A stretch of 64,000 bases of DNA from Octopus sinensis (taxonomy: Eukaryota): assembly GCF_006345805.1 (NCBI RefSeq), contig NC_043003.1:62806001-62870000 (forward strand). The letters run 5' to 3'. Positions 37,959 to 50,669 of the stretch are shown piece after piece (the first letter of the stretch is position 1; each line of letters opens with the position of its first letter). Position numbers and translations under genes: made by a program. The notes under the pieces are model-generated. The model saw nothing but the letters and a program-made list of their open reading frames with translations, was not told the DNA's origin and did no database searches.

Positions 37959-38582
37959 CTAAATGGTAACAAATAGCAAAAAAATACTCAGAACCTGCCT
38001 AGGCTGGAGCTTGAATAATTTAACAATTCAATTTGATCAGCCAGTATTGAACCAACTGAAACCAAACTGTGAAATCCATCAGACTTCATCAAGCATGGTT
38101 GTTGTTTCTGTAGGAACTGAAGTCGAATGACTCCACATCATCAAAAGAAGAAAACAGAAAATTTCTATATTTATAGACTTTGGCCCATGGTACTGGAACA
38201 TGGACACGAATCAGAGGAAACTTCTGATTTCTCTAGCTCTTGTTCTCAGTGTAAAGTTAATTACAAAGAGAAGTCAAATAGTGATCAGACAAAATTAAAG
38301 AAACTTGTTTGATTTCTCATTCTAATTAAATTCACACTTAAAGGTGAGAGACATAGAGATTGGAGGTTTCCACAGCTCTTGTAAAAAGTTCATCAACCAC
38401 ATACTGATATCTATAAATATAGGAGTTTGAATCTATTTGTCTTTGTCTTTCCATGGCTCTTTTGGTGACATGAAGACATAAGTTCATTCATTTGAACTTT
38501 GCTTCTGGCAGGAATGGGCAGCAATGTTAATAGGAAGTTAATGAACATTAGTCTGTATATTACCATTTCCTAAGCAAGCTGA

Positions 38583-39010
38583 ATCATCATCATCATCATC
38601 ATCATTTTAGTGTCCACTTTTCTTTTCCATGCTGGTGTGAGTTGTAAAGAATTTGTTGAGGTAAATTTTCTACAGCTGGATGCCCTTCATGTTGCCAACC
38701 CATATCTGTTTCCTAGCAAGGTAATGTTTCCCCATATTTTCATGGAAGGCTGGAAATGGACACTGCTTGTATGACAGTGACACTCATTTACAATTATCAC
38801 ACAGTCAAGACAAGGAAGCAGTCACACACACGCACACACACACATATGATGGACTTCTTTCAGTTTCCATCCTACCAAATCTACCTCCAGAACTTTGGTC
38901 AACATGCAGTTATAGTAGAAAAAATTTGCTCAAGGTACCATACAGTGGGACTGAACCCCAAACCATGTGGTTAGGAAGCAAACTTCTCGCAACCCAACCA
39001 TGCCTGCACC
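38583..39010 (-). mobile_element. SINE family C2
   Basis: C head, (TG)n, C2 body and RTE-type terminal with (ATG)n. Confidence 0.7.
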
Positions 39011-40169
39011 AATATATACTTTGAAATTTTAAATCCATGTTGGGTTACATAAAGATATACATACACATCTAAATAAACACATACATGTATCACCAACATG
39101 GCGAGCCAGTCAGGCAGCACTGGCATTGGCCATAGCTACAATTTTCATTTGATTTGATTTTGATTTTACTTGACTCAATAGGTCTCCTCAAGCATGCCCA
39201 ACATTTATAAAATCATCATTGACTGAACCCGGAACCATGTGGTTGGGAATCAAGCTTCTGACCACACAGCCACTCCAATAACATAAGACCTTTATTCCAT
39301 TAACCTTTACTGCACAAGAACTGAGTACACTTGCTTCTGTAGAAGTGCACTTGAGACACAGGAACAGAATTAACTCAGTTTTAATAGTGGGATACTTCCC
39401 AGAATTCTCCATGTTTCATATGATGTAGTACACACATTTTATTTTTACTCACCAATAGAAAGAGGTTGTGAGAACTGATTTGCATATAATTAGCATGTTA
39501 CATCACCAGCAGAAATTTAATGAACCCAATAAGGATTAAGAAACAAGTGGACAAACGAATGCAACATTAATGGTTGATGTATGGTAAATATTGGCTTTAA
39601 ATTTTGGTACAAGGCCAGCAGTTTTAGGAAAGGGGCAAAGTCAGTTACATCGACCCCAGTATTCAACAGATACTTATTTTATTGACCCCCAAAAGGATGA
39701 AAGGTAAAGTCGACTACAGCAGAATTTGAACTCAGAATGTAAAGATGACTGAAATGCCACAATATTTTGCTCAGTGGTGCTTATGATTTTGCTGGCTTGT
39801 CTCTTTGATGTATGGCAAATATTAAAAAGGAAAAACAGTTAGAACTAGTCACAGTGTTTATGCTAGTGCTTTAGTGCAAAGAGATCCCAGAATATACAGA
39901 TTTGAGAGACAATGGTCTTTGAAAATGCCAAGCAATTACGTGAAGATGATACAGGTATCACTTGAGAGACTTGTGTATTTACAGTTGAATGGTTTAAAAA
40001 CATTCCAATATGACGTGGCATCTGGGAAGAAATCGACAGATATTGATGGCCGAGTTAAAATACATAATTTTGTTGCTTTCTAGACTGTGTTCCATTACAT
40101 CAGTATATTCGATAGCACAGAAATACCTAAGTCTCAAGGGGTCAGGATTAGTGGAACTGTACTGCACAC

Positions 40170-40208
<39 letters not shown>

Positions 40209-40360
40209 TGCACGTATATTTATGTATACTTATGCACACACATTTATAAACACACACACATATATTTATGATTATTTGTGCATTTATATCTATCTATATA
40301 TATATCTCAATATTATTATTATTATCATCATCATTATTGTTGTTATTATCATTATTATTA

Positions 40361-40565
40361 AAGCTGCAAGCTGGCAGAATTGTTGGATGAAATGCTTAGC
40401 AGTATTTCACCCAACACTACATTCTGTGTTCAAATTCTGCCAGGGTCAACTTTGCTTTTCATCCTTCTGGAGTTGATAAATTAAGTACCAGTGAAACACT
40501 GGTGTCGATATAATCAACTAGTTCCCTCCCACCAAATTTTAGGCCTTGTGCCTTAAGTAGAAAGG

Positions 40566-40619
<54 letters not shown>

Positions 40620-40830
40620 GTGGTGAGCTGGCAGAACCATTAGCATGCCAGGCAGAATGCTTAGTGGCATTTTGTCCATCTTTATGTTCTGAGTTCAAAT
40701 TTCGCCAAGGTTGACTTTGCCTTTCATCCTTTTGAGGTCAATAAAATAAGTACCAGTTGAACATCAACTTAACCGCTACCTCAAGCTTACTGGCCTTGTG
40801 CCAAAATTTGAAATCATTATTATTATTAAC
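40361..40830 (+). mobile_element. Head-to-tail SINE B1 dimer separated by (ATT)n
   Basis: Two B heads with B boxes; (ATT)n at 40300-40360, 40566-40618 and 40817-40828. Confidence 0.8.
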
Positions 40831-41028
40831 CACTAAAGGCCTTGTGTGAGAGCTTTACTATTTGTTGAAACCTTACCACATGGTATACATGTGTGTGTGC
40901 TCTTGCATGTGTGCATAATGTGTTCATGTACGTATGTATGCATGCATAAACATATATATAGATAGATATTTCACGCTGGCCACTCAATAAAATCATTAAA
41001 ATGATTTTATCCTTAATTGTATATAATG

Positions 41029-41068
<40 letters not shown>

Positions 41069-41126
41069 TATTTGCACACACACACATATATCATCATTAT
41101 TTAATGCCTGCTTTCTATGCTGGCTT

Positions 41127-41166
<40 letters not shown>

Positions 41167-41171
41167 CATAT

Positions 41172-41204
<33 letters not shown>

Positions 41205-42099
41205 GAGAGAGAGATGTACAAATATGTGTGTGTGTATGATTGTGTTCTAAATCAAATCTAATCTTTTTTCTTCAATTCATATTTTTTAGTGGTCTTTTAT
41301 GTTTAATTTGGAGAGCAAAGGCATTCCAAATCATAAACATTTTTAAAGATCATCTCACACTCATGATTTCAATGAAATGAAATGATTGTTGTATTGGAGT
41401 ATTGTTCATGTGCCTTGCAGTTGAAAGCAAAGAATTATAGGAATACTGTTGTAAACAATGAAATCATCATTGTTGGAATTAATATAATTCAATGCTCAAC
41501 TGCAGTTAGATTTCATTTACTTAATTCATAACTGTTGTACCTTTGTGTTGATTATGGGGGTTGTATTTTGTTATTGATGGGCTTCTGAAGTTAATCTTTT
41601 CTTTTTTGGTGGGAATCTTTGCAGAAGATTTCATTTTGGTATTTAGTTTGAAAGATTCTTGACGTGAACTAGTGTGGTGATGCTGATTTTGTTGTATCTT
41701 GGAAGGGTCATTATGCCAATAATAAACACACGCATTGGTTTTATTTGACTTCTTTTATTATTAGTAATCAATTTAAGACTGAACAGGCAGATTTGATAGC
41801 ACACTGGGCAAAATGCTTAGCGGCATTTTGTCCATCTTTATCTTCTGAGTTCAAATTCCACTGAATTCAGGGTTGATAAATTAAGTACCTGTGAAATGCT
41901 GGGGTTGATGTAATTGACTACTCTCCTCCCACAAAATTTCAAGCCTTGTACCTTTGGTGGAAAGGATTATTAGTAGTCAATTTGTTAATCATTTAACAAT
42001 GAAGTCATCAATTGTTTGATTAATCAGTCTGCCAATTAACCAATCAGCTAGATTTGTTTGTCCTTTTGCTGTCATTTGCAAACTCATCAATGACATGCC

Positions 42100-42830
42100 C
42101 TCTCTACTCCAGCTCTAGAGTCATCAACTAATGTTTCCCCATGTAATTTTGTTTGCATACTGCAATAGTCCCTTGTAATAAATGCTTGGACGACCAACAG
42201 CAAGTGATGTTACCAGTATGTCCAATGTAACAGATTGAGTCATGAAGTTTACAGCTTTAGTGTTTACACTGAAATTTCTATTTTATTTTGTCTGAAGTAT
42301 ACTCTATGGTTTTGAGGCCAGTGGTTTCATGTTGATAAGAAGAGAAATGATTCTGGTGTTTATCCAATATATTTCTATTATTAATTTGTGATTGGGTGCC
42401 ATATCAGTTTGTACATAGGGCTTCATGGACAACATGTGCCATTTGTGTTTTTATTCAGTGCCCTGCGTGAGTGAATTTGTTATACTGTTTTATAGTTTGG
42501 CCTACTAATATGTTTAGGTACCATCATTAACTATTGTTTGTTACACTAATAAGGTTTCTTTATTTAAAATTTCTTTGTGGATGAGAATCAAAAAAGCTCT
42601 TCTAAGAAGAAAGTTGACTACAGTATTTTGTATTTATGACGCCATTCACCATTTCTGTGTCTGCATAAGTATTTCTTTGCATTTTTCCATGTGTTGATGT
42701 GACGTTTTTAATATTCCTTATTCCTTCAATTATATCTAGAATGGTGGTGCTGTTGGAAGAATCTTAATTTATATTAGAAGTATGTTTAATTGTAAACTTT
42801 AAAATGGAATTATTTTCAAGATCATCTGTA
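42100..42830 (-). mobile_element. Very decayed Penelope-like remnant
   Basis: Minus-strand peptides TILDII and CYIGHTG resemble PLE RT-thumb and GIY-YIG motifs. Many stops. Confidence 0.35.
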
Positions 42831-42918
42831 AATCTGTTATCTTATTTGTAAATCTGTTATCTTATCTGTCACAATAAATATATAAATTTCATATCTGATA
42901 TGGACAGTGTAATTATAT

Positions 42919-43106
42919 TTAATGCTTTAGCATTTAAACTGGCCATATTCAGCCAAAATATTCTACCTGTTTTGTGTTCAAACTGTCAAAATCTAGCCTC
43001 ACATCATTGAAATCTCAGAGCTACAAGATAATACGTGATTAATTCAAAACAATGTGAATTAATAAGCATTGCATTTAACCAAATAATTTTAATGCCAAAT
43101 GGTTAA
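42919..43106. mobile_element. piggyBac-like MITE
   Basis: TTAA-TGCTTTAGCATT ... AATGCCAAATGG-TTAA. Confidence 0.6.
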
Positions 43107-43370
43107 GAATAACTTAGTTTCCCATATTAGCCCTGTAAAATACTGCAAATATGATCCCTAATGGAGAACTCGTCACCAATGCATCTTTCTAGGTATTGAT
43201 TGCCTTGTAGCTAGCAGAACAGAATTGCATTTGTGTAGACTAACAGAATCTTTTTAAGGATGTTTCTTGTCATATTAGATGGCTTTTATTATGTGTATAC
43301 ACATTATGTTTATAGTTTTTATTTGTTGGACATTAATAAAAGAGACTTCCTACATCAAAAGTAAAAATGT

Positions 43371-43547
43371 TGCCAATTTTGGACGTTTCATGTTGAATTT
43401 CTGAGAATTCAGTTGAGGATTCTATGCTACATATCATCATCATCATCATCATCATTTAACATCCAATGATAATGGTGATGGTGAGATATAGTATACAATC
43501 CTCAAATGAATTCTCAGAAATTCCACATGAATCATCCAAAGTTGGCA
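43371..43547. repeat. Hairpin element with (ATC)n centre
   Basis: TGCCAATTTTGGA..GAATTTCTGAGAATTCA.TTGAGGATT pairs with AATCCTCAAATGAATTCTCAGAAATTC..TCCAAAGTTGGCA. Confidence 0.8.
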
Positions 43548-44820
43548 TGTAAAATGCCCTTTAATATATATTTCTTGGATATTACATAGTTTGTTTGGCA
43601 ATTCTATGGTTCCATGTATTGATTTGGGAGATTAGGGTTTGACAAGGGTCACTCTGTTTTTGTGTCTTCACAGTATCTTAGAGGTACAGAGGTCTAAATT
43701 CCAGAGACAGATAAATCAGCCTTGAGCATCAACAGAGTAATTAATTTTTTAGTTGAATTTTTATTTGCTCATTACTGTCTTTCTTAATTTTGATGAATTT
43801 GCTGCTATCCTGCTGCATAGCATTTATTTTTCCTGTGTATTTTTCTTTGTCCATTACACCAAACAGGTTGCTCTTATCACAGTTACAAATTACAATTTTC
43901 TCTTTATTTTCAGGTCCTACTGAGCAAGTTCAAGATTCTTGTAGAGTACATTTTTTTGTGTGTGTGTTTGTCTATTTATTACCTTAACACATGAATAAAT
44001 GTATTATAAAAATTGATGACAATTTATGAGGTTTATTCAAGTGTGAAAGATATAAACACAACAACAAAAATTTAACAAGTATCTTAAGCTAGCTGAAAAA
44101 TAATGAGAAAATTATAATTTGCAAAGGTGATAAGAGAGAAAACACGTATGAAATATATCTGAAGTGCTATATGTGTTGTTCATTAGTACTAAATTTATGG
44201 CTAAGACTGATGAGGTGTTATGGTCTAAATTTATGTTAGAACTACACTAGATTGTGTATATTTAAGTATAGAATTAGTTTTGATATTTGTAGTCATCTGA
44301 TTTATCAACTTTAGGTTTAGTTGCCTCTGAAACTGAGGATGGCCTTGGGAACCCTTATGTGCTTCTCATTCAGTACAGAGTACTTTTTTCTTCCCTTTAT
44401 ATACAAGCATAGACGATGCAAAACTCCCGTCTTTTTATTTTTCTCCTATCATCTCTCCGAAGAAGGACCTTATCCTGAAACAATGACTATTGTATTTCAT
44501 ACAGCAATTTTATTGTACTTTTTCTATCACTGTCTTGTCTGTCAGTCTATGTATGTGTATATATATATATGCAACTGCACATTGTATTAGGTTTGTTATA
44601 AAATTCCTTTAATCCCTACTTTCTTTTATCTAGATCAAGGGTTGGTGTAAATTACCCCAAATGGAGTAAAAATGAAATTCTTGTGGGTAATGACAACTCA
44701 AGAAAAATTATATAAAAAGCATGTTCCTTGTTCTCTATGATTTTCTTTCTTTCAAATCAAGTGGATAACGTCGACGTAAATAAATGTTCTGAGGTAATTG
44801 GCTAAAAAAGTTCCCAACAC

Positions 44821-45231
44821 AGGCGCAGGAGTGGCTGTGTGGTAAGTAGCTTGCTAACCAATCACATGATTCCGGGTTCAGTCCCACTGCATGGCATCTT
44901 GGGCAAGTGTCTTCTGCTATAGCCCTGGGCCGACCAATGCCTTGTGAGTGGATTTGGTAGACGGAAACTGAAAGAAGCCTGTCGTATATATGTATATATA
45001 TATGTGTGTGTGTGTATGTGTTTGTGTGTCTGTGTTTGTCCCCCTAGCATTGCTTGACAACCGATGCTGGTGTGTTTACGTCCCCGTTACTTAGCGGTTT
45101 GGCAAAAGAGACCGATAAAGTAAGTACTGGGCTTAGAAAGAATAAGTCCCGGGGTCGATTTGCTCGACAAAAAGGTGGTGCTCCAGCATGGCCGCAGTCA
45201 AATGACTGAAACAAGTAAAGAGTAAAGAGTA
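44821..45231 (+). mobile_element. Best-preserved SINE C1
   Basis: A box TGGCTGTGTGG (44832), B box GGGTTCAGTCCC (44874), internal (TA)(TG), tail (AAAGAGT)2. Confidence 0.9.
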
Positions 45232-45244
45232 ACCTCTGATCTAA

Positions 45245-45277
<33 letters not shown>

Positions 45278-45289
45278 TCAATATTGTAG

Positions 45290-45570
45290 TTGTGGTTAGT
45301 GCTGCCTGATTGGCTTCTGTGCTGGTGGCATGTAAAATGCACCATCTGAACGTGGTCATTGCCAGTGCCACCTGACTGGCTCCCATGCTGGTGGGATGTA
45401 AAATGCATCAACTACACTCTCAGAGTGAGTAGCATTAGGAAGGGCATCCAGCTGTAGAAACATTGCCAGATCAGATTGGAGCCTGGTGCAGCCTACTGGC
45501 TTACCAGTCCTCAGTCAAACCGTCCAACTCATGCCAGCATGGAAAATGGACGTTAAATGTTGATGATGAT
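45290..45570 (+). mobile_element. RTE-family 3' end
   Basis: Two array units, terminal motif and (GAT)n. Confidence 0.8.
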
Positions 45571-45909
45571 ATATACAGACAATGGTGAAATTTGAAGCAG
45601 ATAAAGCTATATATAATAGCATGTAAAAAAAAAATCCATTGGATAGAAAAAGTCAAAGACTGCTTGCAAAACAACTTGTGACTTTTTCTATCCAATGAGT
45701 TTTTTTAACCCAATATTTATATGCTATTATTTATAGCTTTATCTGCTTCAAGTTTCAGTCTTACATAAGAGAATTAGATCATGTTCACAGTGGGCTGAAC
45801 CTAGAGCCCTCTGGTGGGAAAGCAAACTTCGTACCATACAACCTGTGTTCATGGTCATACCTGCACCTATATGTAAGTATACATATATATTGATAAAAAA
45901 ACAAATTAG

Positions 45910-46471
45910 TAACAAGGATATCCTAATATCAGTGCATTACAGCCGTTTCAAGTGGCTTTGTTTAATCAATCAATGCAAACATTACATCAATTTGAAATAA
46001 ACCGATCTCCTCAGAAGCATATGACCATATAGATGTCCAACATACAGAATACTACATTATAATTTTATAGCAAATTTTTCATCAGTACTAGAGACTAAAA
46101 TAATTGCATTCCTTCTTTTTGCAATTTTCGTGACAGAATGAGTTTAAGAGAAAAATACCTAAAGCCTGCTAGAATTTAGAGTGGCAGAAGAGAATAATAA
46201 TATTCTTTTCTACCACTCTAAATCATTTTTTCCTTAAATTCATTCTGATACAATAATAACGAAAAGAAGCAATGTAATTATTTTAGACTCTAGTACTGAT
46301 GAAAAATTTGATATAAAATTATAATGTAGTATTCTGTATGTTGGAAATCTAAATTGTCATATGCATCTGAGGAGAGTGGTTTATTTCAAATTGATGTAAT
46401 ATTTGCATTGATTGATTAAACGGAGCCGCTTGAAACGGCCACAATCAACTAATACCTGGACATCCCTGTTA
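45910..46471. mobile_element. ~560-bp palindromic MITE with TA flanks
   Basis: TA-ACAAGGATATCC ... GGACATCCCTGT-TA. The arms pair to a 4-nt loop at 46197-46200. Confidence 0.9.
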
Positions 46472-46709
46472 TTTATTTTGCTTTTTATTCACCTAACTTC
46501 AAGCTGTGTGTACAATACTAAACTTACTTGGTGCCTCAACTTAAGTACCTAATTCAACTGGATCTTAATTATTTCATATATATTAATATATATGTGTAGG
46601 TAAGCATGTGTCTATTTGTGTGTGTGTACATGTATATGCCCATATATATGTGTTTACACACTTATAAATATATATACATACATACATACACATGTGTATG
46701 TGTGTATGA

Positions 46710-47890
46710 GGGGTATGTCAGTTGTTTGTGAACAAAACTTTAATTTAATAAAATCCAATATATTTTTATAGAATTTGTCACACATGTTCTTATGTACACA
46801 TAGCAAAAGGCTGTTCAATGAAACTACCATCAACTTTAATTGCTGCCTTGATATGGTTTCTGAAATGACTAAATATCTTGATCAAATGATCTTTATCCAT
46901 GTTGGTCATAATGTCCCTAATAGCAGACATCAACAAGCTCTCAGTATTGTGGGAATGCTTGTTGTTCTCCCTCTCAACAATATCCCAGACATAGCAGTCC
47001 AGAAGGTTTAAATTGGAAGAGCTTGGAGGTTGTTAGGAATAACATGATAATGAACATTTTTGGCCATTTATACCAGTCATACAGTCTGTATGAAAAGAAT
47101 CAGTCTTGATGGAACACATATAGCCTCCCCTCTCGATTCAGGGCCTGGCAACTACCTCCAGTGTCTCAATGTAGGCTTCCACATTGACTCTAAGACCTTG
47201 TGGGAAAAAAGTGGAGGCATGACCTGGTCTTCATTGCTTATGACCTCAAAGACCATCGTTGATGATGGAAACATCTGTGGGAATCACACAGAGCCATTTA
47301 TCATTCCTTGTGTTCACTTTTTGATTTTGGACAAAGTTCTTTTTGTCTGAGAAGAACCATAGCATGTTGGATACCCTGGGGTACTGGAGTTTGTTCAGCA
47401 AGTGCTTCAACCAAATCAGTTTTTTCAGGTCCTACTGGACAAGAAACCCTGCTTTTCCCAGTATAGAATTTGTATTTGATGTCTTTGTGCACCACATATC
47501 TAATTGTTGACTCTGACACCTGAAGATGGTTGGCAATGGCTTTCATTGATGATGTTCTGGATTTACTGGATACACTTGACTTTTCTGACACTGTCTGACA
47601 GTGAAAAACGTTTGTCTTTTCAGTAATAGAAGACATATCCTTGCCTGAGGCCAAGAGCACTCTTCTGATATTAAGCACAAGGGACTTGGTGACATTTAAG
47701 AAGGTTGTAATCTCAGAAACCCTGTGGTTGGCAGGTGAGATGACAAGAATGGCAATGCCTTTCGATGTCTGTATTAGATTTGAAGCTTTCAGGCTGGGGC
47801 TGAAAAAGGAAAGGATAGTTAGTTAGAGTTTGGGCCACTTGTGATTCTTCAAAGTTTTATTCCCAAATAGCTGATGCATTCTGTATATAA
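46710..47890 (-). mobile_element. Near full-length decayed maT-like transposon
   Basis: Reads IANHLQVSESTIRYVVHKDIKY, MLWFFSDKKNF, VMPPLFFPQGLRVNVEAYIETLE and NLLDCYVWDIVERE. Confidence 0.8.
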
Positions 47891-48129
47891 AGAGAAAGAG
47901 GTAGAGGGCGATACAAAAAATTTTAAATAAAAACAAATTAAAAAAATGTTTAAATCTAAATCTTTAAAACAAAATCCACCATGCAAGCAGAGTGATTTGC
48001 TGTTTATGCCAGGTTACTGTATTTGGTACCTGTTATCAATACGTAGATCCTGAGTGCTTTTTGATTAAAAAATTCTCTTGAAAATGTTCTTTTGCTTTGG
48101 TTCCACAAATTGATATTCTTTTACACCAA

Positions 48130-48620
48130 TTATCAATTCTGAGTGCATTTCTTAAAGTATCACAGGTTATTAACAGAGCAGGAGAACCTCTTTGAATCTC
48201 AAAAGACACTTAACAAAGGTTAGATTTATTTGTAAAGAAGAATTATGCAGTAACGAAATATGAGACCCTTGTGGCAGGACTTGTGATTTTATCGTATAAA
48301 ATTCCAGAATGGAAAGGAGTTCAAAGTTAATGCTAATATGAATTGCAAATCAAAAATTTTAATTTACTGCATTTCATGCCTGCAATGCCGTGTGAACTCT
48401 ATCGATAAAACAAGAATAAAATATATGAAGAGAGTCAGGATATATAAGGAGAAATCAGGGATTCATCTGTGGAGAATGGTTCATATAATGAACATCTTGA
48501 CATTTGTGCATGAGGGAGATTTAAAATATTCCCTTGAGTCATACATAAAGACTGAAGACAATTATGCAAAGCAAAAGTGGAGGAGGGTATAATAACTTAC
48601 AAAAGAAACTAAATCAGAAA
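48130..48620 (+). mobile_element. Penelope-like linker and GIY-YIG endonuclease remnant
   Basis: Reads NLKRHLTKVRF, then NGKEFKVNANMNCKSKILIYCISCLQC. Confidence 0.65.
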
Positions 48621-49056
48621 CAATACTGCTAATCCCTATCAAATGATGATAACATTAAAGATAACTGCTGTAACACTACTACAATGTACATATATACGTA
48701 TGTATGTTCCAGGTCACTCTTAGTTTTACTGTTAACATGTAACCCAGTACAATTTGTTGCATGGTTGGGTCGTTGGTGACTAAACTATCAACTCTATTAT
48801 TGGATACCTAGTAGGATGAAAAAAAAACTACCAAAGGGCAGGTGAATTCAATGAAGTCAACAAATGGGAGACACCCCTAAACTTTGTTTAGACATTTCTC
48901 AAGGAGAAAGAAAACTCTGAAATAACATTTGTGACTTTGTATCCAATTATATAGACTAGTCCTTAGACTAGTTCTTCTTTTTAGCTAAATGCATACATAG
49001 TTTAGAGAGTAAGATTGGCCCTTTGTAAGGCCTTTCCCCGCTTTAAAAAGCTCCAG

Positions 49057-49248
49057 GTACAGACATCAAGGGGTTTTAACATCCCTGTCCTGTGTTGCAT
49101 ACTATGGCTGGCTGGCAGTAGCAAAAAAAGAAAGACACTGAATGAAAAATTTCATGATGCAATGAAGGCATGTGTCAGTGTGGGCAGAAGCTCTCTGAAC
49201 ACTTGCTGCAAGAAGTTGCCCATTGTTGCCACAACTGAGCAAAGATAT
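49057..49248 (+). CDS. Candidate orphan internal exon (64 codons, phase 0-0)
   Basis: CTCCAG|GTA...TAT|GTAGGT; open reading frame in a relatively GC-rich, apparently non-repeat island. No homology recognised. Confidence 0.25.
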
Positions 49249-49385
49249 GTAGGTCATGAAGAAATATTACCTTGCTTGGAAACAAGTGATGTTTGGCGAC
49301 ATGAAGAACATGCAGCTGTAGAAAATCTGCCTCAGCATGTATGGAAATGTTGACATTAAAACAATAATGAAAGCACAGTTCTATA

Positions 49386-49449
49386 TGCCATAGTGGTTAA
49401 TAGTGCAGGCTACTAACCCCAAGATTCTGAGTTCGATTCCAGACAGTGA

Positions 49450-49481
<32 letters not shown>

Positions 49482-49620
49482 TCGAAAAATACCTTAGGAA
49501 TGGGAATCCAGGTTTGAAATTTCCCCCAAGACAGCTGATGCAGGCTAGAAGGTATATCAGTCGAAACATGTTAACAACAAACAAGATGAGGACAAATATA
49601 CGTCAAATGTAAATAATGAT
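49386..49620 (+). mobile_element. SINE family E: tRNA-like head, (AAT)n, hammerhead-containing tail
   Basis: B box GAGTTCGATTCC at 49429. Tail contains CTGATGC-A-GGCTA..CAGTC-GAAAC at 49535-49567. Confidence 0.6.
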
Positions 49621-50199
49621 ATCATTATAAAGAGTAAATGACAAACAAAATCATTATAGCAGATTATAGTAACAGAACCAACAGTTTTAAAATGTGGGCA
49701 AGCCACCTGTGGAATATCTTTTAACTTGACTGATTAATTCCAATTCCATTTTTAAACAATGATAATGCTTCAAACTAAAGAATATTTTTACCTGTGTTTT
49801 GAGAAACCTAATTTATGCAATAACATACTGAGGATGTGAAGAGAATTATGTAAGATAAACTGCAATGACTAAGAAAATATATGGCACTACATAGAAACAA
49901 AATTTGATTAAGCAGCTACAGAAAAATATCTCTTAGCAAACATATATCATGTGCTGGTAATTGTCAACCAAGTTATTTTTTTGAATTTCCCTATATACTA
50001 GCGTACAGATGGAATGTCAGAACAACAATAGCGATCAATAAGGAATTTGCATTCATTAGAAAATATCGATCATGTTTAGAGATATATATATATATAATTA
50101 ATCAATGAGTTGATTTAAAATAAATTTAATCAATTTATATTTATTGTTGTTGTCATCGACATTATTGCCATCATCATCATTGTCATTGCTATTATTATG

Positions 50200-50660
50200 A
50201 TGGTGGTGAGCTGGCAAAATCGTTAGAGTGCCAGGCGAAATGCTTTGCAGCTCTTTGTTGGTCTGCACATTCTGAGTTCAAACTCCACTAAGGTCGACTT
50301 TGCCTTTCATTCTTTCAGGACCAATAAATTAAGTACCAGTGAAACATTGGGGTCGATGTAATCGACTAGTCCCCTTCCCACCAAATTTCAGGCCTTGTGC
50401 ATTTAGTAGAAAGGATTATTATTATTATTATTATTATTATGATTATTATTATCATTGAGGCGGCAAACTGGTAGAATCATTAGCAACAGGGACAAAGTGC
50501 TAAGTGACATTTCCTCCAGTTTCACATTCTGTGTTCAGATGCCACCAAGGCTGACTTAACCTTTTATCCTTTGGGGGTTAATAAAATATAGTTCCAGCCA
50601 AGTACTGAGGTTCTTGTAAATTGACTTACCCACTAAAATTGCTGGCCATGGGTCAAAATT
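50200..50660 (+). mobile_element. Head-to-tail SINE B1 dimer
   Basis: Two B units joined by (ATT)n at 50415-50455. Confidence 0.75.
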
Positions 50661-50669
50661 AGAGAAAAG

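Noticed and set aside
44821-44895. tRNA gene (and other tRNA-like heads)
   Set aside because: A/B boxes are present, but the heads are fused to SINE bodies and no intact cloverleaf is evident.
48166-48218. Apparent coiled-coil exon LLTEQENLFESQKTLNK
   Set aside because: Another frame reads NLKRHLTKVRF and leads into a GIY-YIG remnant, so it is Penelope-derived.
50200-50660. SINE B1 mobilised by the R4/Dong-like element
   Set aside because: The B1 sense tail is (ATT)n whereas the R4-like tail is (AAT)n (opposite strand), and no 3' sequence is shared.
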